Shown: one piece after another, positions 28,341-39,167 of the stretch
How the letters are laid out: each line of letters opens with the position of its first letter
Position numbering within the stretch: the first letter of the stretch is position 1
From: Phormidesmis sp.
Lineage (GTDB): Bacteria > Cyanobacteriota > Cyanobacteriia > Leptolyngbyales > Leptolyngbyaceae
Assembly (NCBI GenBank): GCA_965248535.1
Contig: CBDFJR010000005.1
Location: 1,696,001 to 1,760,000, forward strand
Direction: 5' to 3'
Length of the DNA stretch: 64,000 nucleotides
Position numbers and translations under genes: made by a program
The notes under the pieces: model-generated
The model's database searches: none
The model's input: only the letters and a program-made list of their open reading frames with translations
Told to the model about the DNA's origin: nothing

Positions 28341-28555
28341 GAATATCGTGCCTTTAGCTTATTTTGAAAAATCTTGTTTATCACTCAGTTCTCACAACTG
28401 GCTAGTCGGTCTAGCTCAGTGCTGAACCCGAATAGAAGCATCCCGCTAATCCTTCCATATAATCTCTCAAGAAAGGGTTACCGGGCAGAAACTTTAGAAT
28501 TCTTATAAGTGAAAATACGGCTCTTCCTGTACTTTAAGAAACCTAATCTACGGCA

Positions 28556-28888
28556 TCACTCTTCACCTTCCCCTAGAACAAGAATGCGATCGTCCCAGCA
28601 GCAATACCCTTCACAGTTGCGACAACTGCGAATACAACCCGTTTCTACATAGCGCTGTCCATGCTTTCTTAGGGTGGGATAAGCCAGCAAATATAGCGGA
28701 ATTCCTGTCAGCTTCCAAACCAACCGACCCAAGGAATGCAACACATCCCAGGCTTCCTCGAAGCTGGGTTCTGCAATAAACTCTTTCAGTTCTGCCGTGA
28801 ATGCGACCCATTGAGAGCGAATTGTTGGCGGATGACAGCGATCGTATATTGCCATTCCAACTCGGTAGTGCTTAAGGATCTCGAACAT
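28556..28888 (-). CDS. Hypothetical protein
   Basis: 110-aa ORF from ATG. EEAWDVLHS and C-terminal GCIRSCRNC motif. Confidence 0.65.
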   Translation of the reverse strand: MFEILKHYRVGMAIYDRCHPPTIRSQWVAFTAELKEFIAEPSFEEAWDVLHSLGRLVWKLTGIPLYLLAYPTLRKHGQRYVETGCIRSCRNCEGYCCWDDRILVLGEGEE

Positions 28889-28934
28889 TTAATCGTCAAT
28901 TCCGATCGCTGCTTTGATACCCACATATATAAAT

Positions 28935-29129
28935 TCAAGATTTCTCGACATCAGAAATCTGCTTGCCAGTCGGTGGGCGCTCGATCTCGCCCTCGCTGTA
29001 GCCTAAATCATAAAAACTAGCTGCGCTGGGATCGTGCTCTGGTGGACGCTTTGATTGACCTGCCCAAGCATCTTCTTTGCCACGATCGAACCACTCCTGA
29101 TTAGATTGTGAGGAATCATTATCACTCAT
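28935..29129 (-). CDS. Small hypothetical protein
   Basis: WFDRGKEDAW...YDLGYSEG pattern. Co-oriented with neighbours. Confidence 0.55.
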   Translation of the reverse strand: MSDNDSSQSNQEWFDRGKEDAWAGQSKRPPEHDPSAASFYDLGYSEGEIERPPTGKQISDVEKS

Positions 29130-29198
29130 TAGAGTTACGTCCAAAGGGTTTCTAACAGTCTAATTCTGGGCAAACGTTTGATGTATCGTTCTAACGGC

Positions 29199-29396
29199 TC
29201 AACCATCTGGAAACTGCCAACAGGCGATGTACTCTACACGGTTACTGCCGCAGACACAGGCTTCAGGTTTAGACGCAACCCACTCATAGTCGCACTCTCG
29301 ACAGTGGCAGAAAATATTGTGTCGATTGGCTTCCTCTAGGCTTTGCTGCCAGTCGTGTAGCTCTGTAGGCGTGAATTGAGGTTGATTGTCTGGCAT
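29199..29396 (-). CDS. Small zinc-ribbon-like hypothetical protein
   Basis: CHCRECDYEW...CVCGS...IACWQFPD. Confidence 0.75.
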   Translation of the reverse strand: MPDNQPQFTPTELHDWQQSLEEANRHNIFCHCRECDYEWVASKPEACVCGSNRVEYIACWQFPDG

Positions 29397-29532
29397 GGTT
29401 GTAGGGGTTGCAAAAGTGTTTCACGATCGTTCTCTCTACCGTCAAGAATCTCTCGAAAGTCAACCTCAATAAATCACCCCCTAAATTTAGATTCTTGTGG
29501 CACGATCGGGAAACAAATCTTCATTAACTTAA

Positions 29533-30321
29533 ATGTGCCGTCTTTTAGGCTACCTTGGTTCGCCCATTCAACTCGATCGGCTGCTCTATAAGCCTGAGCA
29601 TTCTCTAGTCGTGCAGAGCTATCAGCCTCGCGAAATGACCGCAGGATTGCTCAACGCCGATGGGTTTGGGGTTGGTTGGTATCATCCTCACCGTCAAACC
29701 GAACCCTTTGTCTATAAAAATACGCTGCCGATCTGGAACGATGTCAACCTGCCCAGCCTGAGCCGATATATCGAGTCAGGCTGCACGCTGGCAACGGTTC
29801 GCAGTGCGACAGCCGGGCTTGCCGTCGATCTGAGCAACTGCCAGCCGTTTCAGCATTCTCACCTGTTAGGAATGCACAATGGCTTTATCGAAAACTTTCG
29901 GCAGACGCTATATCGACCGATCTGCGATCGTCTCAGCGACACCGCCTATCAACTAATCAAAGGCTCGACCGATTCTGAGCATATTTTTGCCCTGTTTGTC
30001 GATGAGCTAATCTCTAATCCTAATCTCAGCTTGGCCCAAGCTTTGCGGCGCACACTCACTATATTGACAGAGCTAGCAGAGAAACATCAAACTTCGTTTT
30101 CAGCCAATCTGATGGTCACCGATGGACATCAAATCGTTGCGTCTCGATTTGCGAGTCATACGCCCGTTCCGACTCTTTATTGGCTGCGAGACGATTTGAC
30201 TCTGCCTGATGCTGTTGTGATTGCCTCTGAGCCTCTATTTTCTGGTGACTGGAATCTATTGCCCGATCGTAGCCTTCTTACCGTTCAAGATGACTTTAAC
30301 CTTCAAGTCCAACCGCTCTAA
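29533..30321 (+). CDS. egtC: Ergothioneine biosynthesis amidohydrolase EgtC
   Basis: N-terminal MCRLL Ntn nucleophile, NADGFGVGWY, HNG, GSTDSEH. Adjacent to egtB and egtD. Confidence 0.93.
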   Translation: MCRLLGYLGSPIQLDRLLYKPEHSLVVQSYQPREMTAGLLNADGFGVGWYHPHRQTEPFVYKNTLPIWNDVNLPSLSRYIESGCTLATVRSATAGLAVDLSNCQPFQHSHLLGMHNGFIENFRQTLYRPICDRLSDTAYQLIKGSTDSEHIFALFVDELISNPNLSLAQALRRTLTILTELAEKHQTSFSANLMVTDGHQIVASRFASHTPVPTLYWLRDDLTLPDAVVIASEPLFSGDWNLLPDRSLLTVQDDFNLQVQPL

Positions 30322-31583
30322 TCTCATCGATCGCAGACAGCTAATGGCCGACTGGATGCACGACTGCCGCACCGCAACCCTAGCGATTTTCGACGGCATG
30401 GATCAAGAAACGTTTTGCCATCAACCCCATGCTGATTTCAGTCCGGTGGGCTGGCATTTGGGACACATTGCCTACACTGAGGCGCTTTGGCTGCTGCAAC
30501 AGTGTGCTGGCGATCGTCCTTTGTTTCCTCACTATCACCGATTATTTGCTCAAGATGGAATGCCCAAGGGCGATCGCGTCAAGCTGCCTCCCGATCTCAG
30601 ACATTTATGATTATCTCCAAGTCGTCAGAGCCAGAGTTTTTGACTATTTGCAAATCGCACCTCTAGACCAACAAGAACGGCTCTGGCGATGGATTTTGCA
30701 ACACGAGAGTCAACACTGTGAGACGATCGCGCTAATTTTAGAATTACAAAAAAAGAAATCTGAAATCTCGCGTTCTCAATCAAATTTTGAATCTCAAGCT
30801 GCAACGATGGTTTGCATCCCTAGTGGATATTTTGAACAAGGAAACGAATCGCTCGACGCATTGGATAATGAGCGCCCCGTGCATCAAGTTTATTTAGAGA
30901 GTTATTGGATCGATCGCACCCCTGTAACAAACGCAGCCTACCGATCGTTTATCCACTCCAATGGCTATCAAGATCGGCGCTGGTGGTCATCAGAGGGTTG
31001 GCAATGGCTGCAAGCAAACCCGGTGACGCAGCCGCTCTATTGGCGAGACGATCCGGACTATGCTCATCATCCCGTCTGCGGAGTCAGCTACTACGAAGCC
31101 GAAGCCTATGCTCAATTTGTCGGACAGCGCCTGCCCACCGAGTCAGAATGGGAAAAAGCCGCCAGTTGGAACCCGATCGCTCACACCCGATCGCGCTATA
31201 GCTGGGGAAATCAGTTTCCCGATGCGACTCGCTGCAACTATGGTCATGGGCGAGGAACAACGACACCCGTCGATCGCTACGCTGCCAATCTTGCAGGCTG
31301 CTACGACCTGATCGGCAACGTTTGGGAATGGACGGCAACTTGGTTCGATCGCTATGCCGGGTTTGAGAGCTATCCTTACCCAGGCTATTCTCAGGTCTAT
31401 TTTGATGGAGAACATCGAGTGCTCAAGGGCGGCAGTTGGGCCACTCGTCCCTGGGCGATGCGGTGTGCCTTCCGCAACTGGTATCACCCTCACATGAGGC
31501 AAATGCTGTCGGGGTTTCGCTGTGTGAGCGATGTTGAGCCACCCGTCTCAACGGCTACTGTCGTTAAAGATTCTGTCTTGTGA
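30290..31583 (+). CDS. egtB: Ergothioneine sulfoxide synthase EgtB (DinB + FGE-sulfatase), one +1 frameshift at ~30591
   Basis: FSPVGWHLGHIAYTE in the first frame. QHESQHCE, RLPTESEWEKAA, GNVWEW and GFRC in the second frame. Confidence 0.88.
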
Positions 31584-31655
31584 GAGAGTTACAGAGTTTG
31601 ATTGAGCAAGCGTTAATCAAAAGCGGAAACGTGCGAGGAAATTAGGGAAAGAGCT

Positions 31656-32714
31656 ATGTCAACGTTTCAATCCACCGGGCAGAAAGTTTCTGCCCACCAA
31701 CCTAAGCAGCTAATCTATTCGTCAGAAGGGCGGTTGCAGATCGAGCATCTGATCAATCCTGCTCAACCTTCAGACGAAGAACTGCATCCCGGAAATGATG
31801 TCGTTAGGGGCTTGAGTCAGCAGCCCAAGACGCTGCCACCGCGATATTTTTATGACGATCGTGGCTCTCAACTGTTTGAGCAAATTTGCGATCTGCCAGA
31901 CTATTATCTGACGCGCACCGAAACTGAGATTTTGCAGGCGTGCGCCCCGACGATCGCTGAGATCACCGGCCCTTGCGAGCTAATAGAATTGGGAAGCGGT
32001 AGTTCTACAAAAACTAGACTTTTGCTCAATGCCTATCAAACCGCCGGGCAGTCTCTCTGCTATTGCCCGATCGACGTTAGCGCGGGCATTCTCGAAAGCA
32101 GCGCTCAGAGTTTGTTGCTTGACTATCCAACTCTGCAAGTTCACGCCCTCGTTGGCACCTATGAACTGGCTCTTCAGCGGTTAGCGCCTAGTCATTTGCC
32201 GACGCGCATGATCTGCTTTATCGGCAGCACTTTGGGCAATCTCAACCCGCAAGAATGCGATCGGTTTCTTGACCAGATTAAAAACGCTCTGCAACCGGGT
32301 GAATATTTTCTTTTAGGCATCGACTTGCAAAAGTCAAAAGCTCAACTAGAAGCCGCCTATAACGATCGTCAAGGCATCACCGCCGCGTTTAATTTGAATA
32401 TGCTGCGTCATCTCAACCACCGCTTTGAGGGCACCTTTGATCTGAGTCAGTTTGAGCATTTCGCGTTTTATAACGAGACTCACCACCAAATCGAAATGCA
32501 CCTTCGCAGCCTAAAGTCGCAAGTCGCGCATCTCAGAGCTTTGGGGTTAACTGTCGAGTTTGCGCCCGGAGAATCCATTTTGAGTGAAATTTCTCGTAAA
32601 TTTAGCCTGACAACCCTTCAGCAAGATCTTGAGAACAAGGGGCTAAAATCACGGCAGGTTTGGACAGATGCCCAGCAGTGGTTTGGCGTGATTCTCTGTC
32701 AGCTAGAACCTTGA
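31656..32714 (+). CDS. egtD: L-histidine N-alpha-methyltransferase EgtD
   Basis: YFYDDRGSQLFEQIC.LPDYYLTRTE, ELGSGSS.KT, AYND..GITAAFNLN, EISRKF. Confidence 0.96.
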   Translation: MSTFQSTGQKVSAHQPKQLIYSSEGRLQIEHLINPAQPSDEELHPGNDVVRGLSQQPKTLPPRYFYDDRGSQLFEQICDLPDYYLTRTETEILQACAPTIAEITGPCELIELGSGSSTKTRLLLNAYQTAGQSLCYCPIDVSAGILESSAQSLLLDYPTLQVHALVGTYELALQRLAPSHLPTRMICFIGSTLGNLNPQECDRFLDQIKNALQPGEYFLLGIDLQKSKAQLEAAYNDRQGITAAFNLNMLRHLNHRFEGTFDLSQFEHFAFYNETHHQIEMHLRSLKSQVAHLRALGLTVEFAPGESILSEISRKFSLTTLQQDLENKGLKSRQVWTDAQQWFGVILCQLEP

Positions 32715-33042
32715 TTAGACAGTCGCTTGACTCGACAGTGAGAATCTCTGAAAAGTGGCTGATTTTTTGGGCGATCGCACCCACTTCATAACCGCAGAGT
32801 TTAGTGACATTGCCTAACTGAGCTAGTGATTTGTGATTTGTTTTGCCAATTCTAGATAAACTTGAGTAGACAAATGGGAATTTGTGTCATTGAATAGAGT
32901 CAGGCCTCCCAACCCTGGCGTTTTGCAAGGTAAACGAGTGTCATAGATTTAGATTCCTGGATTGAGTCACCGTTTGCTGAATAGAGTTTCAGACTCAAGA
33001 TTTATCCGTTAAAATTCAATCCAGATGTGAAGGTGTGAGGAG

Positions 33043-33672
33043 ATGAGCGATACAACTTCGTTTTTAGGAGGAGCCGCGTTAGCAGGCCTAGCCGCCATCA
33101 TTTTGTTAAAGGGTGGTGTCAGTGCCAGTGCGCCTGGTTTTACAGCGCCTCAGACGCTCCCGGTTCAGCCCTACCCAACCGCAACCCTACCCTATGCTGG
33201 GATGTCTCCTGCAACGGCCACACCCACCGTTTATGACTTAGAAAAGCAACGACTCGAAACAGAGCAACTCAAGGCGCAGTTTGAGCAACAGCGCGTGCAG
33301 ACTGCTCAACTCAAGGCGCAGATTCAAAGCCAGCAAACCCTGATCGAAACCTTAAACGCCCAAACCAAACCTAGTGGTGGGTTACCCATTCCTGCAAAAG
33401 TAGCCCAGGGGCAACTTTCAAGCTCAGAATCAGTGTCAACCAATCCGATGATGACGGGCGTTCTCTGGGCCCTAGGTGGGATGCTGCTTGCCTTTGGGGG
33501 CGGTCTGGCCCTAGTGGGGATGTTTGTCTTGTTTTCTCGTCAGCAGCGACCCTCGCGCACGATCGAGGTGATTCACGACGAATATCCTAGCTATCTGCCT
33601 GCGCGCCGCAAGCCCCAAGTGTTGCCCTCGCGCCGCGCCATTAAGCGGGTAGATGCAGACGACTGGGAATAG
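33043..33672 (+). CDS. patN: PatN-like membrane protein
   Basis: N-terminal hydrophobic FLGGAALAGLAA, Gln-rich coiled coil, one TM segment, basic C-tail. Followed by a sugar ABC permease. Recognised from memory. Confidence 0.6.
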   Translation: MSDTTSFLGGAALAGLAAIILLKGGVSASAPGFTAPQTLPVQPYPTATLPYAGMSPATATPTVYDLEKQRLETEQLKAQFEQQRVQTAQLKAQIQSQQTLIETLNAQTKPSGGLPIPAKVAQGQLSSSESVSTNPMMTGVLWALGGMLLAFGGGLALVGMFVLFSRQQRPSRTIEVIHDEYPSYLPARRKPQVLPSRRAIKRVDADDWE

Positions 33673-34576
33673 GGCGATCGTGGACAGATACCTGCCCAAA
33701 CGCTGGCGCATTGATCAACGGCAGTTAACACCCTATCTGTTTTTGCTGCCCGCTCTAGTGGTTTTAGGGCTGACGGTCTTTTACCCGGCGCTTCAGGCTT
33801 TTTATCTCAGCTTTACTCACTATGACTTGCTAGACTCGCCGCAGTGGGTCGGGATCACAAACTTTCGTCGGCTGTGGGCTGATCCGATTTTTTGGCAAAC
33901 GCTGCGAAACACGCTGCTCTATCTGGTCTGCGCGGTTCCTATTCTCGTCACGGTGCCGTTGGGTCTGGCGATTTTGGTCAATCAAAAGCTGCGCGGAATT
34001 CGCTGGTTTCGGGTGGCTTACTATACGCCTGTGATCATTTCAATGGTGGTGGCGGGCATCGCCTGGAAGTGGCTTTACGCAGAGCAGGGGCTGCTTAATC
34101 AGTTTCTCAAATTATCTGGACTTTCGACTGAGGGAATCCCTTGGCTGACCAGTCCTGATTGGTCAATTTTTAGCGTCATCGGGGTGACAGTCTGGAAAGG
34201 ATTGGGCTATTACATGGTGATTTATCTAGCGGGGTTGCAGGCGATCCCAGATGATCTGTATGAAGCCGCCGCGATCGACGGTTCTGACGGGTTTCGCAAA
34301 CATTGGGATATCACCATCCCCTTGATGCGGCCTTATTTATTTCTAGTAGCTGTGATCTCAGCCATCTCGGCCACTAAAGTCTTTGAAGAGATTTATATCA
34401 TGACCCAGGGCGGCCCGCTCAATAGCTCTAAGACGATCGTCTACTATGTCTATGAGCAAGCCTTTCAGAGTTTAGATATCAGCTATGCCTGCACGATCGG
34501 GCTGGTGATGTTTTTGATAATTTTGGCTCTGTCAATTTTGCGTCTAAGTATGCAGCGCTCAGAGCCAAGCACTTAG
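33653..34576 (+). CDS. Carbohydrate ABC transporter permease
   Basis: PYLFLLPA and the EAA motif LYEAAAIDG...ITIPL. Confidence 0.93.
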   Translation: MQTTGNRAIVDRYLPKRWRIDQRQLTPYLFLLPALVVLGLTVFYPALQAFYLSFTHYDLLDSPQWVGITNFRRLWADPIFWQTLRNTLLYLVCAVPILVTVPLGLAILVNQKLRGIRWFRVAYYTPVIISMVVAGIAWKWLYAEQGLLNQFLKLSGLSTEGIPWLTSPDWSIFSVIGVTVWKGLGYYMVIYLAGLQAIPDDLYEAAAIDGSDGFRKHWDITIPLMRPYLFLVAVISAISATKVFEEIYIMTQGGPLNSSKTIVYYVYEQAFQSLDISYACTIGLVMFLIILALSILRLSMQRSEPST

Positions 34577-35472
34577 CGGGGATCAGCTAGACTCATCACC
34601 CAAGTTTGAATCAACTCGTTGACGCGATCGGGCACTTCATCATGAGGGCAATGACCTGCGTTCAGATAATATTCTGTCAATTGCGGGTGATAGCTGCGAA
34701 ACTTTTGGCCGCGTTCTCGTGCATTAATCCAGGGATCGCCTTCACCCCACAGCATCAGGAGCGGTTTTGTTAGGGCATTGAGCAGCACATCCACCTTTTC
34801 ACCTTGGGGTGTGCGAAAGACCGACGCAAACACCTTTTCGGCTCCGATGTCACATGACGGCCGATAAATGTCTTCGACTAGCTCATCGGTTACAGCACTT
34901 TGGTCGAGATAGACCTTTTCTAACGTCTTGCGAATCACCGATTTTTGCTTGATGTATTGAAACAGCAAAAAACTCGCCCAATCTTGCCGAAACAGCGTGG
35001 TCACGACTTCACCCATCACCTTGCGAAGGGGATCAGGCTTGGTAGTGCCCTGAAGGTCAGTGAACGGGCCCGCACTGTTGATCAGAATCAGTCCTGCTGC
35101 CGATTCGGGACGCTGCGACGCAACGCAGAGAGCCGCATAGCCCCCCAGAGAGTTGCCTGCCAAAACCGCAGGTTGCCCCATCACCTCAGTGATAAATTCG
35201 TGAAGCTGATCGCGCCAGAGATCGCCGCTGTAGCTCCAGTTGGGTTTGCCCGATCGTCCAAATCCCAGGAGATCGATCGCCCAGACTTCAAAGTGCTGGC
35301 TCAACGCGATGATATTTTTTTTCCAGTGGTCGGTCGATGCCCCAAACCCATGAATGAGCAGCAAAGGAGGGCGCTGTGGATGTCGTTCTCCGGCTTTGAC
35401 GTAGTAGATCGGCTGCTGTCGCCAAGTCCAATATTGACCGGGTAGAGAAGTAACTGTAGGCGCTACCTGCAT
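34573..35472 (-). CDS. Alpha/beta fold hydrolase
   Basis: HGFGAS.DHW, DLLGFGRS, GNSLGG, AGHCPHDE. ATG at 35472. Confidence 0.92.
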   Translation of the reverse strand: MQVAPTVTSLPGQYWTWRQQPIYYVKAGERHPQRPPLLLIHGFGASTDHWKKNIIALSQHFEVWAIDLLGFGRSGKPNWSYSGDLWRDQLHEFITEVMGQPAVLAGNSLGGYAALCVASQRPESAAGLILINSAGPFTDLQGTTKPDPLRKVMGEVVTTLFRQDWASFLLFQYIKQKSVIRKTLEKVYLDQSAVTDELVEDIYRPSCDIGAEKVFASVFRTPQGEKVDVLLNALTKPLLMLWGEGDPWINARERGQKFRSYHPQLTEYYLNAGHCPHDEVPDRVNELIQTWVMSLADPR

Positions 35473-35584
35473 GATGTCAAGATAAAAGTCACTTGTGTCA
35501 TTGTAGAGCCTACAGAGGGGGGATTTGCAGACGATCGACCCTGTAGAATTTTTCACGGACGATCGCTGCTGACCGCCCCCAATC

Positions 35585-36367
35585 CTAAGCCGCAACTTTT
35601 TCTAAAGCTGGGTTGCGTTGGAAACTCGAAGCGTCTGCCTCCAGATCCACGGGCGCACCTTCTTCGACCATTGAGGCCATTTGTCCGCCCTTTTGGATGA
35701 AGTTGGTCACCATGGCAACCATGGCATTGACCTTGCGGGTGCGCCATTCGTCGATCGCTTGCTCAGTTGCCGCCGATCCCAAATAACGCTCCATCGCCTC
35801 GTGCAAATAACCCGCGTGACCTGTCTCATCGTGAGCAACGCTGATCAAGCTTTTTTTGAGGTTGGCGGTGTGAGACTCGTCTTCGGGCAAGATGCTGGCC
35901 ATTCTCAGAAAATCTTTGCTGGCATCTAGTTCTAAAACATAGGTGCTGGCCAAAAACACCGTCCACTCAATGGTTTGGGGCTTGAGTTGCGCTTGAGAAT
36001 AACCCTGAAAATAGGAGTCAAAAAACGGGCTGCGTTTGCGATCGTCCGGTTTGCCATCGCTCAGTTTTTGCGGCAGCTTTTGAAAATCGATGACTTGCTT
36101 ATTGAGTTGTTTGAGCGCGTGAGCAAAAATTTGACCGTGCCGCCGCTCATCAGAGGCGTGACGATCGAGCCGTTCAGCTAGCCAAGCATTTCCTTCAGCT
36201 TGAGCACGATCGCGCAGCGCTTCGAGAAAGGGCACTGAGCCAGACTCTGCTAACTGAAACCCAGCCAAAACATTAGGTCGAGTTTGCAAATCTCTCAGGC
36301 TGCGGGCAGAGATAAACGCCGCTGCTCCAGACCCTGCCAAGTGTAGAAGTTGAGTCAAAAAGTTCAT
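35585..36367 (-). CDS. Ferritin-like domain protein
   Basis: Paired DExxH motifs (DERRH, DETGH). Confidence 0.8.
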   Translation of the reverse strand: MNFLTQLLHLAGSGAAAFISARSLRDLQTRPNVLAGFQLAESGSVPFLEALRDRAQAEGNAWLAERLDRHASDERRHGQIFAHALKQLNKQVIDFQKLPQKLSDGKPDDRKRSPFFDSYFQGYSQAQLKPQTIEWTVFLASTYVLELDASKDFLRMASILPEDESHTANLKKSLISVAHDETGHAGYLHEAMERYLGSAATEQAIDEWRTRKVNAMVAMVTNFIQKGGQMASMVEEGAPVDLEADASSFQRNPALEKVAA

Positions 36368-36524
36368 AAAGTTTTGTCAAGATTCTGCTGTTTGGATCGT
36401 AGCGCGCTTTCTGAGGGGAAGCCGCTCTCTGAGGCTGATTCCTTCACAATTCCTCCCTCCCCCGTTTTTAGAAGAATTCTATACACTAAGAAAGGCAAAG
36501 AGCAAAATCATTTTGGGGGTTCTG

Positions 36525-38090
36525 GTGCGCCTGTTTACGACTGTTGCTGCTTTGCGCTGCTATCTAGACCTCTGTCGAGAAAACCAACCTGGCTCAGATG
36601 AGCTTAACCCAAACGGTTTAGAAGTCGGACTGGTGCCTACCATGGGCGCACTGCACACAGGGCATCTCAGTCTGATGCGACGGGCTAGACAAGAAAACGG
36701 GAAGGTGGTTGTCACCATTTTTGTCAACCCCCTGCAATTTGGCCCCAATGAGGATTTTCATCAATATCCTCGCACTCTAGAGCAAGACCGACAGCTTTGT
36801 GAGCAGGCTGGAGTCAACGCCATTTTTGCACCCACAGCCGCCGAACTGGGACTCGATCGCCAGCCCTCTGTGCAGGTGATGCTCCCGGCATCTATGACTT
36901 CTGTGCTCTGCGGTGCCTTTAGACCCGGACACTTTCAAGGCGTGGCGATGGTCGTGACCAAGCTTCTCAGTCTCGTTCAGCCCGATCGGGCCTACTTTGG
37001 GCGTAAAGATGCTCAACAGCTAGCGATTATTCAGCGTTTGGTGACCGACCTAAGCTTGCCCGTCGAAGTGGTGCCCTGCGCGATCGTGCGTGAGCCAGAC
37101 GGGTTAGCCCTGAGTTCGCGTAACCAATATCTGAGCGCAGAACAACGCCAGCAGGCGATCGCGCTCTATCAAGGGCTTTCTCAAGCCGAAAAAGCTTTTC
37201 GATCAGGAGAGCGCTTGAGTGCTAATTTAATTCAGGCAGTAAAGAAAGAACTGGAGAAGGTGCCAGCCATGAAGACCGAATATATTGAGTTAGTCCATCC
37301 CACCACCCTTGCGCCGCTAGAAGTCATTGAAGAAGCCGGATTGCTAGCGGTGGCTGCCCGTTTAGGTTCGACTCGGCTAATCGACAATAGTTTGCTTCGC
37401 ACTCGCAGACCGATTTTAGCGATCGACGGACCAGCCGGGGCAGGAAAATCTACGGTCGCCCGTCGCGTCGCCGAGCAGCTAAACCTGTTTTATCTCGACA
37501 CCGGAGCCATGTATCGGGCGCTGACTTGGTTAGTCTTGCAGTCTAGAATCGCAGTCGATGACGAGCCAGCGATCGCAGAATTGGTCAGTCAAAGTCACAT
37601 TGAGTTTCAAGATTATGAGTCGGACGAGCAACACTCAAAGCACATTTTTATCAACGATCGAGATGTCACTCAAGAGATTCGCAATGCAGACGTGACAGCA
37701 AATGTCTCGGCCATCTCTGCCCATGCAGTGGTGCGAAAGGTTTTAGTCAAACAACAACAGCGCTATGGCAGCAGTGGCGGTATTGTGATCGAAGGTCGCG
37801 ATATTGGAACGTGTGTTTTCCCTGATGCTGAGGTGAAAATCTTTTTAACAGCCTCAGTGCACGAACGAGCCAGACGCAGACAGCAAGATCTCAAAAACCA
37901 GGGCAAAGGCGAGATCAGCTTAGATGAGTTAGAACAATCGATTTTTGAGCGCGATCGTCAAGACAGCACCCGTGTGATTTCGCCCCTGAGAAAGGCCGAT
38001 GATGCGATCGAAATCCAGACTGATCATCTCGGCATTGATCAAGTGGTGAGAGCGATCGTGAAATGCTATCGAGAAAAACTTTCTTCCTAG
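36525..38090 (+). CDS. panC/cmk: Bifunctional pantoate-beta-alanine ligase / cytidylate kinase
   Basis: VPTMGALHTGH, FVNPLQF, RPGHF, RLIDN, then AIDGPAGAGKST, LDTGAMYRA, EGRDIGT. Confidence 0.96.
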   Translation: MRLFTTVAALRCYLDLCRENQPGSDELNPNGLEVGLVPTMGALHTGHLSLMRRARQENGKVVVTIFVNPLQFGPNEDFHQYPRTLEQDRQLCEQAGVNAIFAPTAAELGLDRQPSVQVMLPASMTSVLCGAFRPGHFQGVAMVVTKLLSLVQPDRAYFGRKDAQQLAIIQRLVTDLSLPVEVVPCAIVREPDGLALSSRNQYLSAEQRQQAIALYQGLSQAEKAFRSGERLSANLIQAVKKELEKVPAMKTEYIELVHPTTLAPLEVIEEAGLLAVAARLGSTRLIDNSLLRTRRPILAIDGPAGAGKSTVARRVAEQLNLFYLDTGAMYRALTWLVLQSRIAVDDEPAIAELVSQSHIEFQDYESDEQHSKHIFINDRDVTQEIRNADVTANVSAISAHAVVRKVLVKQQQRYGSSGGIVIEGRDIGTCVFPDAEVKIFLTASVHERARRRQQDLKNQGKGEISLDELEQSIFERDRQDSTRVISPLRKADDAIEIQTDHLGIDQVVRAIVKCYREKLSS

Positions 38091-38114
38091 CGGAAAACTT
38101 GATCGCCCGTTAAG

Positions 38115-39167
38115 TCAAGTCTGCAAGGTGACCTGAATTTTGAGAATTCCTGAACTGCCGTCTTTGCCATTGGCATCTTCTAGGGGCTGCTGTTGACGAT
38201 CGGACTTTGCCCGCGCCAATAGCCCATAGGTTCCGGGCTGTTGAGGTTTCCAGAGATAGCGCCATAGCGTCCATTCATGGGGCGAGTTGGGGCGATTTTG
38301 GTTAGCTTGACTCCAAGAAGCGCCATGATCAGTGCTGACCTCGATCGCTTGAATGGGACTGGAGCGATCGAGGGCCACCCCCGCTAACAAGATGCCTTTT
38401 TGCCAACCTGCATCCCCGTCTCGACTCACATTGACTTGATGTTGACGATTCCACACACGAGTTGATTGCACCTGCCGCATCAGCGCATGAGTCGGAATCT
38501 CTGCCGAGTTTGACCAGCCTTGATTCTCCCAAAATCCCGTTTTGGGTTTTGTGATCGCCTCGATTTCCACAATCCACTTAGGCTGTTTTTGCCCATAGTG
38601 ACCTGGCACAATCAGCCGCATCGGATAGCCATGAGCAGCCGTCAGAGGCGCTTTGTTCATCTGATAGACGAGACGCACATCAGCGCGCATGATATCGTCT
38701 ACAGGCAGCGTTGTTTCATACCAATCAGCCCCTTTGAGCGCAAATTCTTGAACGTTGGAGTTAACGCCCGCCCGGTTTAAAAAGGGCAGCAGAGGCGTGC
38801 CCGTCCACTGCGCGTTGCCGATCAGATTGCCCCCTGCCGGGTTGCCAATGCACTCCATGGTTAGGTGAAAGTCTTCTGGCGGCGCTTGCAGAACATCTTG
38901 CAGGGTTAAAATTAGCGGCTTGGCAACGGCTCCTCTGATTTTGAGTTGCCACTGGTCGGCGTTGACTTTAGAAGGCAACGCATAAGACTGCACATAAAAC
39001 TCTTCTAGCGGTGTGATCAGGTGATCAGGCAGCGGGGTTTCTGGGTTGAGCAAACTCAGGAGAAAGAGCGGCTCGATCGAGCTTGACTGACAGCCACCTA
39101 ACACGCTAGCTGCAATCAGCCCGCCGGAGGTTTGAAGGAGATGTTTCAGAAGTTCTCGACGGTTCAC
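38115..39167 (-). CDS. Sulfite oxidase-family molybdopterin oxidoreductase (Tat lipoprotein)
   Basis: NRRELLK Tat motif, lipobox LGGC, Moco Cys MECIGN, HGYPMRL..PG.YG.KQPKW. Confidence 0.9.
   Translation of the reverse strand: MNRRELLKHLLQTSGGLIAASVLGGCQSSSIEPLFLLSLLNPETPLPDHLITPLEEFYVQSYALPSKVNADQWQLKIRGAVAKPLILTLQDVLQAPPEDFHLTMECIGNPAGGNLIGNAQWTGTPLLPFLNRAGVNSNVQEFALKGADWYETTLPVDDIMRADVRLVYQMNKAPLTAAHGYPMRLIVPGHYGQKQPKWIVEIEAITKPKTGFWENQGWSNSAEIPTHALMRQVQSTRVWNRQHQVNVSRDGDAGWQKGILLAGVALDRSSPIQAIEVSTDHGASWSQANQNRPNSPHEWTLWRYLWKPQQPGTYGLLARAKSDRQQQPLEDANGKDGSSGILKIQVTLQT

Noticed and set aside
30585..30610. Programmed frameshift or natural split of egtB
   Set aside because: There is no slippery heptamer, and the same +1 pattern occurs in unrelated genes, so sequence error is more likely.
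30800..31560. FGE-sulfatase domain as a diversity-generating retroelement target
   Set aside because: No reverse transcriptase or template repeat is nearby. The egtC/egtD context explains the domain.
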